Below are positions 55,662 through 64,000 of a stretch of DNA of 64,000 nucleotides, piece after piece. A program made the position numbers and the translations under genes. The DNA is from a virus. The stretch is taken from IMG/VR virus record IMGVR_UViG_3300045116_000678, positions 18,903 to 82,902 of that record. One strand, 5' to 3'. Each line of letters begins with the position of its first letter. Positions within the stretch are counted from its first letter, which is position 1. The notes beneath the pieces were generated by a model. That model was not told the origin of the DNA. It saw only the letters and a list, made by a program, of their open reading frames with translations, and searched no databases.

Positions 55662-56027
55662 CTACTCGCGCCGCTTCTTGAACGGCCGCTTCCAAAAGTG
55701 GTCAGGACCTGGCCCCTTGGCCAGCAGCCGCGCTGTCAGTTCCATTGGGCTGAGCGGCTCGGCGTCCTCAGTTTCCGGCGCAGGCAATGAGTGCCGGTCA
55801 GGATTCTTCCGCTCCTGGGTCTGGCTTTCGATGAAAGGAAGTTCGAATGCCGCGTCCATGACAGCCGCAAACTGCACCTCCAGGCGCGTAGCATCGATGA
55901 TTCGGTCTGCTATTGCGCACTTCGCTGTAATGCGAGCCTTGTCGTTATCACTTAATAGCGCTCCTGGTGGGAGCGATTCCAGCTCGGCGAACAGGGCGTC
56001 TCGCAGCGTCTTGATGTTCGGCATCAT
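55662..56027 (-). CDS. Hypothetical phage-type protein
   Basis: LRDALFAELE.L..A..II...LE.QF. Confidence 0.55.
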   Translation of the reverse strand: MMPNIKTLRDALFAELESLPPGALLSDNDKARITAKCAIADRIIDATRLEVQFAAVMDAAFELPFIESQTQERKNPDRHSLPAPETEDAEPLSPMELTARLLAKGPGPDHFWKRPFKKRRE

Positions 56028-56715
56028 GAAGAATCCTTCTAAGTTTGTTGCGCAGCGCTATGGCCTCTCGCGCCTCCTGCGGCAGAAGGTGATGGAAGTG
56101 ACCAATGGACGCCAAGTACGTTCGGTCCTTGCGCAGGCCGAGTCGGTGAGCAAGTCTTGCAATCGAAGTAATCCTTCGACCCAACATCCGCGAGATGAAG
56201 GTGTTGGAATTGATCGGCCACAATCGAACAACGATCTCAATCTCTTCGTTGCTCCACCACGACCGCTCGGGAGCGCGGTAACCCAAGTCGTACAGGAAGC
56301 GCTCGACACTCTTTCGACTGCGACCGATCAGCATGCCAATCTCGTCCGGCGCGAGGTCAACCCGCAGTCGCTCCACCAACCTGCGTTCTTCATCTGACCA
56401 TTGGCTCACTAGTCGAGGGGCAACACCCTCGGCCATTTGGCTTTTGATCAAGCTCTTGACCGACGTTGTGGTACGACCAAGAAAGCGCGCAATTTCTGTG
56501 TGCGTAAACTCATGCCGAAGTCGTAGCAATAGCGCCTTTTCCTCTTCTGTCCAAGACAGGTGAATTTGCCGCTGAAGGTGCTGGACGCGCACTTGATACT
56601 TGACGGAGCCCAGAGAACGCCCGAGCAAGGCACTGATCTCGTTATCGGTGCAATATGGACGCCACTCTGCAAGCAATGCAAGTTCGTCTCGACTCCAAGG
56701 AGCGATCCTTTTCAT
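55948..56715 (-). CDS. Protein with four Myb/SANT-like repeats
   Basis: WSRDE, WTEEE, WSDEE, WSNEE each followed by (L/I)GR..S(V/I). Confidence 0.7.
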   Translation of the reverse strand: MKRIAPWSRDELALLAEWRPYCTDNEISALLGRSLGSVKYQVRVQHLQRQIHLSWTEEEKALLLRLRHEFTHTEIARFLGRTTTSVKSLIKSQMAEGVAPRLVSQWSDEERRLVERLRVDLAPDEIGMLIGRSRKSVERFLYDLGYRAPERSWWSNEEIEIVVRLWPINSNTFISRMLGRRITSIARLAHRLGLRKDRTYLASIGHFHHLLPQEAREAIALRNKLRRILHDAEHQDAARRPVRRAGIAPTRSAIK

Positions 56716-56873
56716 TTATGCGCCGGTTCCTAGCCCACTCGGACGGCGGACTATGCGCGCCGGCTGCGCTTGAGCCACCTAGGGCAATGCCTCTACCTTT
56801 GCAACCCTCTTGGTGATGAGGCTCGTAATCGCGCGCTGCGACATCCTGCACTCACCACCGGAGGGCTCCATTA

Positions 56874-57089
56874 GTGACCAAAATCTATCTTCTCAGTGCA
56901 CTACTCGCACTTTGCGGCTGCGATTCAACAAACTGGGAATCCGCGGGCCGACAGGACGGGTATGCAGTCACGGTCAACACGACGTGTAAGTTCCGGTCCA
57001 CCATGGTGCATGGGAAGTTCGAAAACGCGGACTACGCCAGGGGATACAGCCGCGGCGCCCAAGATGGAGCCGCCGCGGTAGCGACGTAA
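56874..57089 (+). CDS. Small lipoprotein, possibly truncated
   Basis: GGAGGG RBS; lipobox LCGC. Confidence 0.5.
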   Translation: MTKIYLLSALLALCGCDSTNWESAGRQDGYAVTVNTTCKFRSTMVHGKFENADYARGYSRGAQDGAAAVAT

Positions 57090-57178
57090 GGATGCGAGCG
57101 TTTGAGGTAGCCCAGGCCGGCGGCACATTTCCTCGTGACCGGTCGAGCAGTGCTCGACAAGTTCTACCCGGGCATATT

Positions 57179-57580
57179 TCAGTGCGGCAAGTCGAGAGGA
57201 GATAAGGCATGAGCGCCGACCCGGCGCTCCTCCAACGCCTTTACCTTCTCCTCAAGCTCTTCGCGCTTGGCATTGCGTGCGACGAGCGCCTTTTCAGTCT
57301 GCTCAAGGAACAGGAAGACAAATCCTGCGCACAGGTTGAAGAAGTGCAGGAGCAACAGCAGGACTGCGCCCCGTGTAACGGGCCCACTGCCCAGCCAGAA
57401 CGTGAGGATCCCGAGCGGCGAGTTGACGAAAAGCACAACGTAAAAGGCGCGATTCAGCCACCGTGTCCACAGCTGCCGCAGCCACTCACGCTTCTCCGGC
57501 TCCATGTTGGCCAGCGTCATCGTGACCGTGAAGACGGCAATGAAGACGCCCAAGATCGACACAACGGTTGTCACCTCCAT
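57179..57580 (-). CDS. Membrane protein, 3 TM plus coiled coil
   Basis: GAGGAGG RBS; hydrophobic segments. Confidence 0.65.
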   Translation of the reverse strand: MEVTTVVSILGVFIAVFTVTMTLANMEPEKREWLRQLWTRWLNRAFYVVLFVNSPLGILTFWLGSGPVTRGAVLLLLLHFFNLCAGFVFLFLEQTEKALVARNAKREELEEKVKALEERRVGAHALSPLDLPH

Positions 57581-57678
57581 GCCATCCCTCCTCGGTGGTA
57601 TGTGCGCATTAGTTCACTTGACCCGAACAGCGACCGGGCAGATCATGTAACTATACGCAACACAACGAGGAGAACGAC

Positions 57679-58026
57679 ATGAGGATTGCTATCGGGTTGA
57701 TCTTGGCTGCCGCTTCCTTCGGCGCGAGTGCCTATTGCACTGGGTCCGGAGCCTTCCGCCAGTGCTCGGACGGTAGCGGCAACAGCTACAGCGTCCAGCA
57801 GTTCGGCAACACGACCTATGTGCAGGGTCACAACGCACAGACTGGCTCAAGCTGGAATCAGACCAGCCAGAACATCGGTAGTACAACCTACCATCACGGG
57901 ACGGCCGCCAACGGGAACAACTGGAACGGCACGACCCAGCACATCGGCAACACCACCTATCACAACGGCATCAACAGCCAGGGCCAGCCATACGCGAGGA
58001 CTTGCAATCAGTTCGGCTGCAACTGA
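57679..58026 (+). CDS. Secreted beta-repeat protein
   Basis: Signal peptide; QQFGNTTY, QNIGSTTY, QHIGNTTY repeats. Confidence 0.75.
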   Translation: MRIAIGLILAAASFGASAYCTGSGAFRQCSDGSGNSYSVQQFGNTTYVQGHNAQTGSSWNQTSQNIGSTTYHHGTAANGNNWNGTTQHIGNTTYHNGINSQGQPYARTCNQFGCN

Positions 58027-58058
58027 CTTCGGGCTCTACTAACCCTGTTGAGGTTGCG

Positions 58059-58268
58059 TTGTTCCTACTTGTCGCCCTGCTACACGCAGTGCCCGTTCTC
58101 TTGACCGCGGCGATTACGCGCCGCGCGAAGCCTGTGTGGATTGCGGGCGGAATCATGGCTATCTTGGCTATCGCAACCGGAGCTGCCAAATTTGCCGGCG
58201 TGGACTTGTTGGCAATCGGCGGTGGCATCTGGCTGGGGTTGGAAATGTGCGAAAAGCCAGATCGGTGA
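58059..58268 (+). CDS. Small membrane protein
   Basis: Hydrophobic ORF, GAGG before TTG. Confidence 0.45.
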   Translation: MFLLVALLHAVPVLLTAAITRRAKPVWIAGGIMAILAIATGAAKFAGVDLLAIGGGIWLGLEMCEKPDR

Positions 58269-58318
58269 AGGAGTACGCTGGAAGCCAAGGACACCGAAGT
58301 GATTCAGTGGGCAACTGG

Positions 58319-58552
58319 TCAGGTCTCCACTCCCTCAACCATTCCCCGGTGCTCTCTCAGCAGCCGGTTCAACTCCTTCATGAGCCGCTGATCCTCCCGC
58401 CACTTCCCGCCCTTGTACGGGTTACGCGCGACCTTCGCCTTTCCCTCGACCGTCTTGGGCCCGGTGGACTTCTCCCACGGCCTCCATCGCTGGATCGCCT
58501 CTCTCTGCTTTGCTCGTCGCTCTGGCGTCCAGCCAGCCGCAGGGTTGCCCAT
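58319..58552 (-). CDS. STG-motif (HGGxSTG-related) small protein
   Basis: WRPWEKSTGPKTVEGKAKVARN. Confidence 0.7.
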   Translation of the reverse strand: MGNPAAGWTPERRAKQREAIQRWRPWEKSTGPKTVEGKAKVARNPYKGGKWREDQRLMKELNRLLREHRGMVEGVET

Positions 58553-59105
58553 GGCTATGCTCCAAAAGTGTGCTTTCTGCTACATCAGTGTTGATCACGC
58601 CCGCGCCCGTGCGCGTACTTGTCGCAGAACCGGCGTTGTTGACCTGCTGCTGGCCGCCGTTGTTCACGTTGGCCTGCCTCGCGATCACAGTCGTTCTCGG
58701 GTACTTCAGGTCGACCAGCGCTGAGATCGTTGCTCTGCTCCCCGCCTGGGCCTTGAACGCCAGCCCCATGAACGCCTCTAGGTGTCTTTGGTAGTTCTGG
58801 TCCTGTGCTCGGCGGGCGAGGTTGACGAACATGGTTTGCAGAGCGGTAGCCTGAGCTACCAACATGCCCTCCAAGTCCGAGAGGTCCCCCGCTCTCACCC
58901 GGCCGACGGTCTCCTCCAAGGATCGGACCGTGGACATGATGTCCACCTCGTCCTTTGACCCGATATAGCCCTGATACGGCTGGATGACCGAGGCGGCGTT
59001 GATGGCCGGATCCGTGATCATGCGGCCCAGAGTCTGCGAGCCCGTCTCGTCAGGCCGGCTGGTCACCTCGAAAGCCCCGGGCTTGGGGCGGCTCTTGGCG
59101 GTCAA
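58422..59105 (-). CDS. Satellite helical protein (partner of STG protein)
   Basis: LEGMLVAQA..LQ..KAQ..RAT..AL..ANVNNGGQQQVNN. Confidence 0.65.
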   Translation of the reverse strand: MTAKSRPKPGAFEVTSRPDETGSQTLGRMITDPAINAASVIQPYQGYIGSKDEVDIMSTVRSLEETVGRVRAGDLSDLEGMLVAQATALQTMFVNLARRAQDQNYQRHLEAFMGLAFKAQAGSRATISALVDLKYPRTTVIARQANVNNGGQQQVNNAGSATSTRTGAGVINTDVAESTLLEHSHGQPCGWLDARATSKAERGDPAMEAVGEVHRAQDGRGKGEGRA

Positions 59106-59623
59106 TGCAGGTGCTCCGGCGTCGACTGCCCGCGGATGATGGAGGTCGCATACATCCGGATTTGCTTGCGGGTGTTGTCGACCAGAGGGAGCCATTCGCT
59201 CGGGACGAAGCTCTTGGCCTGTTCCAGCTCAACGGCGTGCTTGGGGTCCTCTTCGGCATGCAGCCGAAGCGTCCGGGCCAGCTTCTTGCCGAATTGACGC
59301 TCGATCGCTTCGACAAACTCCAGCGAGATGGGCTGATCTTCAAGAGCCTGCATGTATCCCAACAGCGCCACAGGGTGGACGTGCAGGATGAGGTAATAGG
59401 CCATTCCAGCCATCGCTGCGACACCGTAGTGCAGATTGCCGGTGTACCCGTCCAGATCCTCCAGGAGCCACTTGGCGTGGTCCTTCTCGTCGGCCAGGTG
59501 CTTGACGAAGAACGCCTTCAACTCGGCCTCCCATCCGTCATCACGAAGTGTTCCGATTGCCTGGGCCAGGAGAGGTTCGCTCGCGACGATGAGCTGATAG
59601 CAGTTGGCTAGATGTTCACGCAT
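59102..59623 (-). CDS. Heme-oxygenase-like iron-containing redox enzyme
   Basis: HLADEKDH..LLEDL; LLGYMQALE; LHAEEDPKH. Confidence 0.75.
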   Translation of the reverse strand: MREHLANCYQLIVASEPLLAQAIGTLRDDGWEAELKAFFVKHLADEKDHAKWLLEDLDGYTGNLHYGVAAMAGMAYYLILHVHPVALLGYMQALEDQPISLEFVEAIERQFGKKLARTLRLHAEEDPKHAVELEQAKSFVPSEWLPLVDNTRKQIRMYATSIIRGQSTPEHLH

Positions 59624-59625
59624 GA

Positions 59626-60732
59626 TCAGAAGAAGAAGCTGGCGCCAGCACCGGCAGCGGCACTGCTGGCGGCGGACGAACCATAGGCGTACAGGGCAGA
59701 AGCAGCCAGGCCAGCAGCAGCCTGGGTATTGGCAGCCTCCTGGGCGTTCTGTGCATTCACTTGTCCAAGCTGCGAGTTGTATTGGCCCTGGGTGGCTCCC
59801 AGGAGGTCTGGCCCGCTGGTCTGCCCTTGCTGGCCTGGCGTGTTGAACGTGGGGTTTGTGACCTGGGACCCGTTTCTCAGGGCGCTCAGCTCTTGAAGAG
59901 GCAGGTTGCGTAGATACGCGCGCTGCTGAAGCGTTGCGGCGTTCCCAGCAAGGGCTTGCTGGAACATCTGGTTTTGCAGCTGCGAGCCAGCCAGCTCTGC
60001 GGCAATGTCGGCGTCGTTGCGTTGCTTGCCGAACTGGCTTTGCTGCGTGGCCCAGCCTTCGGAACCCACTGTCAGGCCCATGTTTGCAAGTTTGGTGTCG
60101 AGGGCGGCCTGCTGCTGGTCGAGACTTTCTCGATTGCGCTGTTTGATCAGGTTCGCGGCACGGTCCCAGCCATCCATGCCGGTCATGCTGTTGATGTCGA
60201 TAAGCCCTGACGTATCAAACGGCTGTGCCATGGAGTCGCGTACCCGATCCATGGCACTTCCCTGCAGGTCGGCCATCCCCAGGCTGGTGCGGTTGTACGC
60301 ATCGAGGAGTTGCCGCCCGGTGTCGGACAACTGGATCTCAGACGACCACTTGTCCGGGTTGATCATGTAGTCGTTACGATCAGGCGCCTTCAGTATCGCC
60401 CCGGTCGCTTCCATGTACTTGCGTACCTGTGGATTGAGCTGGAGCCCGCGCTCCTGATCCTGATAGCGTTTCAGCGCTGCGTCATACCCGGCTTGGTCGA
60501 ATCCATCGCCCTGGTGGTAGACCAACGAACCATAAGGGGTGACTTGGTCGATGCGGTTGGCCTGAGTTTGCGCGCGGGCGGCATTGAGGTTGCCGGCAGC
60601 TTGGGCGTTCGCTTGGCCGACGTAGTCAGGTGCGGCGGGCGCTTCGGACTTGCCACCGTACAGGCGCATGCGGCCGGCCGAAGGCTGAAAGGCCCGAGGA
60701 TCGTGCTCGGGGATGTCGAGGAGGTGCTTCAT
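59626..60732 (-). CDS. Virion DNA-ejection/pilot-like protein
   Basis: GGKS.APAAPDY..ANRIDQVTPYGSL; LANMGL..GSE.W; Gln/Asn/Ala-rich. Confidence 0.6.
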   Translation of the reverse strand: MKHLLDIPEHDPRAFQPSAGRMRLYGGKSEAPAAPDYVGQANAQAAGNLNAARAQTQANRIDQVTPYGSLVYHQGDGFDQAGYDAALKRYQDQERGLQLNPQVRKYMEATGAILKAPDRNDYMINPDKWSSEIQLSDTGRQLLDAYNRTSLGMADLQGSAMDRVRDSMAQPFDTSGLIDINSMTGMDGWDRAANLIKQRNRESLDQQQAALDTKLANMGLTVGSEGWATQQSQFGKQRNDADIAAELAGSQLQNQMFQQALAGNAATLQQRAYLRNLPLQELSALRNGSQVTNPTFNTPGQQGQTSGPDLLGATQGQYNSQLGQVNAQNAQEAANTQAAAGLAASALYAYGSSAASSAAAGAGASFFF

Positions 60733-61034
60733 TGGGCTTGGCGGCGTTCCATGGCTGCGCGAAGCAGAGCGTTGATTTCGTGCTCCACCCAGCCCTTTGC
60801 GTGTTCGCCCAGGGAGATGGGCTTGGGAAACGTTCCACGCCGGATGCGGCTGTAGATCGTCGAGCGGGACAGTCCAACCCGGCTCATCACCACGGGTAAC
60901 CGCAGGATGCGAATGGGCGGGTCCTCATCGGCATGGCCGGCCGCGGGTAGCCGCGACCGTCCGTGACTGGCCGTGAGGGAATGCGTGTGGACGTCTTTGG
61001 ACATGGATGGATGGTCGACCCAAGTGCTCGCCAC
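60729..61034 (-). CDS. alpA: AlpA-family regulator (start uncertain)
   Basis: ILRLPVVMSRVGLSRSTIY..GTFPKPISLG..GW. Confidence 0.9.
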   Translation of the reverse strand: MASTWVDHPSMSKDVHTHSLTASHGRSRLPAAGHADEDPPIRILRLPVVMSRVGLSRSTIYSRIRRGTFPKPISLGEHAKGWVEHEINALLRAAMERRQAQ

Positions 61035-61061
61035 ATCTACGCCGAAGCTGACCGTTGCTCG

Positions 61062-61337
61062 TCAGCGCCCGGCGTCCCTCGCCATTTCTATCCACGAAGC
61101 CAGGTCCGATATCCGATAGCTGACCCTGCCGCCGTTCATTCCGAGCGCATAGAAGGTCGGGCCGTTGCCCGACTGCCGCATCGCCTTGAGACTCGCCGCC
61201 GAGTACCCCAGCAGTTGGGCGGCATCCTTCTCGTTCACGCGTCCATCTCCAGAGACACACATCCGCTCTCGGGCAGCGAATGCCCCGAGGAGGTCCGCAG
61301 TCGCCTGGATCGACTGAGCAATCGAACCCTGAGTCAC
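61062..61337 (-). CDS. HTH excisionase-like protein
   Basis: EKDAAQLLG..L..R..G.GP.F..VSY..DL..WI. Confidence 0.75.
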   Translation of the reverse strand: MTQGSIAQSIQATADLLGAFAARERMCVSGDGRVNEKDAAQLLGYSAASLKAMRQSGNGPTFYALGMNGGRVSYRISDLASWIEMARDAGR

Positions 61338-61723
61338 AGCCGGCCCCCATTTCCCTCGCGCGCGCGTACTGGACGTTTTTCAGCGTCGCGGTACACGACC
61401 TGGAAGTACTTCAACAGTTCGGGCTTCAGCTCGTCCGGGGTGTTGATGCAGTCCTGCCGCATCTCCTCCCGACGCTCAGGACTGTCTCCCCAGCAATCGC
61501 AGGCCCGCATGGCAGCGCGGATCAGCTCGTCCTGAAGGCGTTTGGCCTGGGCCTGGCACTGCTCCAGGTATCGGACGACCTCCTGCTTGTTGGCCCTGAG
61601 GATCTGCCGCTGGCTGTCGTGCAAGGTGCTGGCCGGGCTCACAAGGAGTCGACCACCCTCCCCCAGCTCAACGGTGAAGCCCTGCGCCCAGAGGTCGCTC
61701 AGGATGGAATGTGGCGAGGTCAT
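61334..61723 (-). CDS. Small primase-region protein
   Basis: L..L.AQG..V..GRL.V.P..L..L..K.E. Confidence 0.6.
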   Translation of the reverse strand: MTSPHSILSDLWAQGFTVELGEGGRLLVSPASTLHDSQRQILRANKQEVVRYLEQCQAQAKRLQDELIRAAMRACDCWGDSPERREEMRQDCINTPDELKPELLKYFQVVYRDAEKRPVRAREGNGGRL

Positions 61724-63003
61724 CAGATCGCCTCCACGTCCGTCGAAGATTCCGAAGGTTTCGAAGATTCCAAGATTCCGGAGACGGAACCTTCGGAACC
61801 TTCGACGTTTGGCGTCGAGCCAGTCCGTGAAGATTCCGAAGATTCCACGTCCGAAAAACTGGAGCCTTCGGAATCTTCGGAATCTTCGGAACCTTCGGTG
61901 GTGGGGCTGGAATCTTCGGGGAAAGTCACTTCGTGGCCTGGTAGACGCCAGTACCAGCCGCCCTGCATGCCGCCCTTCTTGCGCACGACGCTCAGCTTCT
62001 TGGATGCCGCCCAGATCTGTTTCTTGGTGAACCCAGCAGCCTTGAGAGGCTTGCTCGCGGTATCAGCCTCGGTCCACGTCGCAGCGGAAAGCTCCTCGCG
62101 CAGCATCGAGCTGGCATCGGAGGTGTCCTCCCCGTCGTCGTCGCTGGGGTCCGTCAAGAGATCGCGAGCGGTCCCCTCGACAGCCTTGCCCCAAGCAATC
62201 CGGCTGGCTTCGATGCCGCCCATTACCTCGATCTGCTCAAGGTGGTATTCGAAGCCGCCGTCGTCCGGACCGATGTTGGACTTGGCACGGGCGAGAATCC
62301 GCGCGTCCTGGCCATCCTCGCCCTTAACCTTGGCAGCGACCATAACCACCCGAGCGACCGCGGAGAAGGCCACGCTGCCGACCACGCGCTGCGCCGGGTC
62401 TTGACCCTGCCCGCCCTTGGCGAAGTGGGTGATGCCAACGATGGCGCACCCGCATGTCGCGGCAAGGTCCACCAAGGGCTGGAGCGATCGGCGCACCTCG
62501 GTGTTCTTGTGACTGTCACCGTTGACCGCTGAAACGACCGGATCGACCAGCACCATGCGCACATCGCCGATGTGCTCTATGGCCTGCGTCAATTGGGACA
62601 GGTCTCGGGCCGGGTCGAACGGCACCAGCTCGCCGTCAATCCTGGTCCCCTGCACGAAGAACACCCGCGCTGGATCGCCGCCGGCCGCGACAATGCGGGG
62701 CAGCAGCGTGTCGGCTGCATCATCCTCGCTGGAGAAGATCACTGCGTTGCCCTTAGCGCAGCGTGCGCCATCGGGCCACACACCGCCAATGGTCACCGTT
62801 GCGACCATCGTGAGGCCCAGGGTAGTCTTCCCCTGCCCAGGCGCACCAGCGAGCAAATGGAACTTCCCATTCGCCAGCCAGTGCCGCCACAGCCAGTCAA
62901 TGGGCTGGGGGTTGAGCTGGCTGCCACAGACGATGGCGACGGCGTTGTTCGGGTCCATGGTCGCTGCCCTGGCAGCCTCGATGTTCTTGAGCACGGCGTT
63001 CAT
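61723..63003 (-). CDS. RepA/AAA_25 replicative helicase
   Basis: GAPGQGKTT; VLVDP; THFAK; GSVAF; KSNIG. Confidence 0.88.
   Translation of the reverse strand: MNAVLKNIEAARAATMDPNNAVAIVCGSQLNPQPIDWLWRHWLANGKFHLLAGAPGQGKTTLGLTMVATVTIGGVWPDGARCAKGNAVIFSSEDDAADTLLPRIVAAGGDPARVFFVQGTRIDGELVPFDPARDLSQLTQAIEHIGDVRMVLVDPVVSAVNGDSHKNTEVRRSLQPLVDLAATCGCAIVGITHFAKGGQGQDPAQRVVGSVAFSAVARVVMVAAKVKGEDGQDARILARAKSNIGPDDGGFEYHLEQIEVMGGIEASRIAWGKAVEGTARDLLTDPSDDDGEDTSDASSMLREELSAATWTEADTASKPLKAAGFTKKQIWAASKKLSVVRKKGGMQGGWYWRLPGHEVTFPEDSSPTTEGSEDSEDSEGSSFSDVESSESSRTGSTPNVEGSEGSVSGILESSKPSESSTDVEAI
61745..61920. repeat. GAAGATTCC/GGAATCTTC repeat array (candidate iterons)
   Basis: More than ten direct and inverted 9-bp units in the helicase 3' end. 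Confidence 0.6.
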
Positions 63004-63830
63004 GCCTGCACCTCCACTTTTCCGGCGAGCCGGTGCAGATCGTTGTGGTCTGAGTCGTTCGGGCCACGCGGCAGGCCCGTGAAGTCAGGTACGGCCAGCA
63101 AGCCACCGACGGCGCGCGCAGCTTCCGTTGCTGCCGTCAGGCCCGGATTTCCAAGAGTCGTGTGGTCGTCGTCGGCCGCGATTACGAGCGTGATGCAGGG
63201 AAACTTGGCGCGCAGCGCTCTCGCCACGGGCAATAGGTTGCCCGCGTTAAACGCCACCGCCACGGCATGGCTGGTGTCCTCGTGGATCGTGGCGCCCGTT
63301 GCGTACCCCTCGCAGATCACCAGGCGGCCGGATGGCTTTCCGATCGAGCAATAGCAGCCCTTCACCCGTCCTCCCGGCATGAACCGCTTCTCGCCGTCCG
63401 GGGCGATACTCTGCAGGCTCCACAGACGTCCTTCTGCATCACGCATCGGGATCAGAAGCGTATGTCCGCCTTCGATCCGGATGCCGTGTGGCTGGACGCC
63501 CTTGTTGGTCAGGTAGGTATGTTCCGTGACTGGCTCCGCAGCGGCCCACCGCAGCGCAGCAGCCTCGGCCGTCTCAGCCTGGCGCTGTCGCTGCTCCGCG
63601 TCGTGCTGGCGGCGCAGGACATCCATGCGGCGCCGGAAGGCTTCACGCTCAGCAGGCGTCAGCTCCCGGTCATTCCTGCGCGTCTCGACATGCCCGCACC
63701 GGAAGCAGTGGGCCACGCCGTGACCCTCCCCGGCGCATGTGATGCCCATGGTCTTATCCTTGGCCGAGCGTCCGCAAGCGGGGCAGGAGACGCGGTAGTC
63801 ACCTGGGGCATATTCGTTCCAGTCGATCAT
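63000..63830 (-). CDS. Zn-finger Toprim primase
   Basis: CPACG..CFRCG; ICEGYAT; AFNAGNL; AADDD. Confidence 0.88.
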   Translation of the reverse strand: MIDWNEYAPGDYRVSCPACGRSAKDKTMGITCAGEGHGVAHCFRCGHVETRRNDRELTPAEREAFRRRMDVLRRQHDAEQRQRQAETAEAAALRWAAAEPVTEHTYLTNKGVQPHGIRIEGGHTLLIPMRDAEGRLWSLQSIAPDGEKRFMPGGRVKGCYCSIGKPSGRLVICEGYATGATIHEDTSHAVAVAFNAGNLLPVARALRAKFPCITLVIAADDDHTTLGNPGLTAATEAARAVGGLLAVPDFTGLPRGPNDSDHNDLHRLAGKVEVQA

Positions 63831-64000
63831 GCTGCACCTCCGATCAGGCGCAGGAGCGCGCCCAGTGCAGCGAGATCCGGGCATCGCCGAGCAGCGCCCA
63901 CCCGAGTGACCACGTATCCTCCGTCGGCCATCTCAAACACCTCATGGCCGAGGAGCGCGAGACGGGCACGCAGTGTGTCGAGGAGTTTGGTCTCAGACAT
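63827..64000 (-). CDS. Small satellite protein
   Basis: MSETKLLDTLRARLALLGH..DL..L..IGG; ATGA overlap with primase. Confidence 0.55.
   Translation of the reverse strand: MSETKLLDTLRARLALLGHEVFEMADGGYVVTRVGAARRCPDLAALGALLRLIGGAA

Larger units (their letters stand above)
53877..64000 (-). mobile_element. PICI-like phage satellite (partial; boundaries uncertain)
   Basis: Co-oriented primase, helicase, HTH, AlpA and STG-motif genes; no capsid genes in view. Confidence 0.65.

Noticed and set aside
59610-59640. Frameshifted peptidase-S74 tail after the pilot-like gene
   Set aside because: Alternative frame gives only SDHA then stop
61745-61920. CRISPR array
   Set aside because: 9-bp units in both orientations, no spacers, no cas genes

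Overview
High-GC betaproteobacterial (Comamonadaceae-like) accessory region in three parts. (1) 1-45207: most of a temperate podovirus-type prophage. It has an N4-gp56-family capsid, portal, TerL/TerS, tail and ejection genes, a nin-like/replication/methylase early region, a cI/cro switch with five TAGC-N4-GCTA operators, and ERF/YqaJ/RdgC, Xis and a tyrosine integrase. It ends at a duplicated 3' half of tRNA-Asn (att). The left end and lysis genes are outside the window. (2) ~45.2-53.8 kb: mixed island with a TA-like pair, large serine recombinase-ParB-ParB trio, SRAP, a LexA-box divergon and an acyltransferase-3. (3) ~53.9-64 kb: PICI-like satellite with primase, AAA helicase, AlpA and STG-motif genes, which also carries a virion ejection-type protein and a heme-oxygenase-like di-iron enzyme. 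The main unexplained signals are: (a) seven minus-strand copies of CCCCT(G/C/A)TAGGG-N24-nAnnnT with invariant spacing, i.e. an activator-dependent late promoter; (b) an RNA cassette under these promoters, comprising a variant initiator tRNA, a variant tRNA-Thr, a tRNA-like kissing-loop RNA and a ~250-nt terminated multi-hairpin RNA, plus a structured leader before the scaffold gene; (c) a membrane moron whose C-terminal domain is a recognisable copy of the phage's own scaffolding-protein domain. Family calls come from motif recognition by eye, not database searches.
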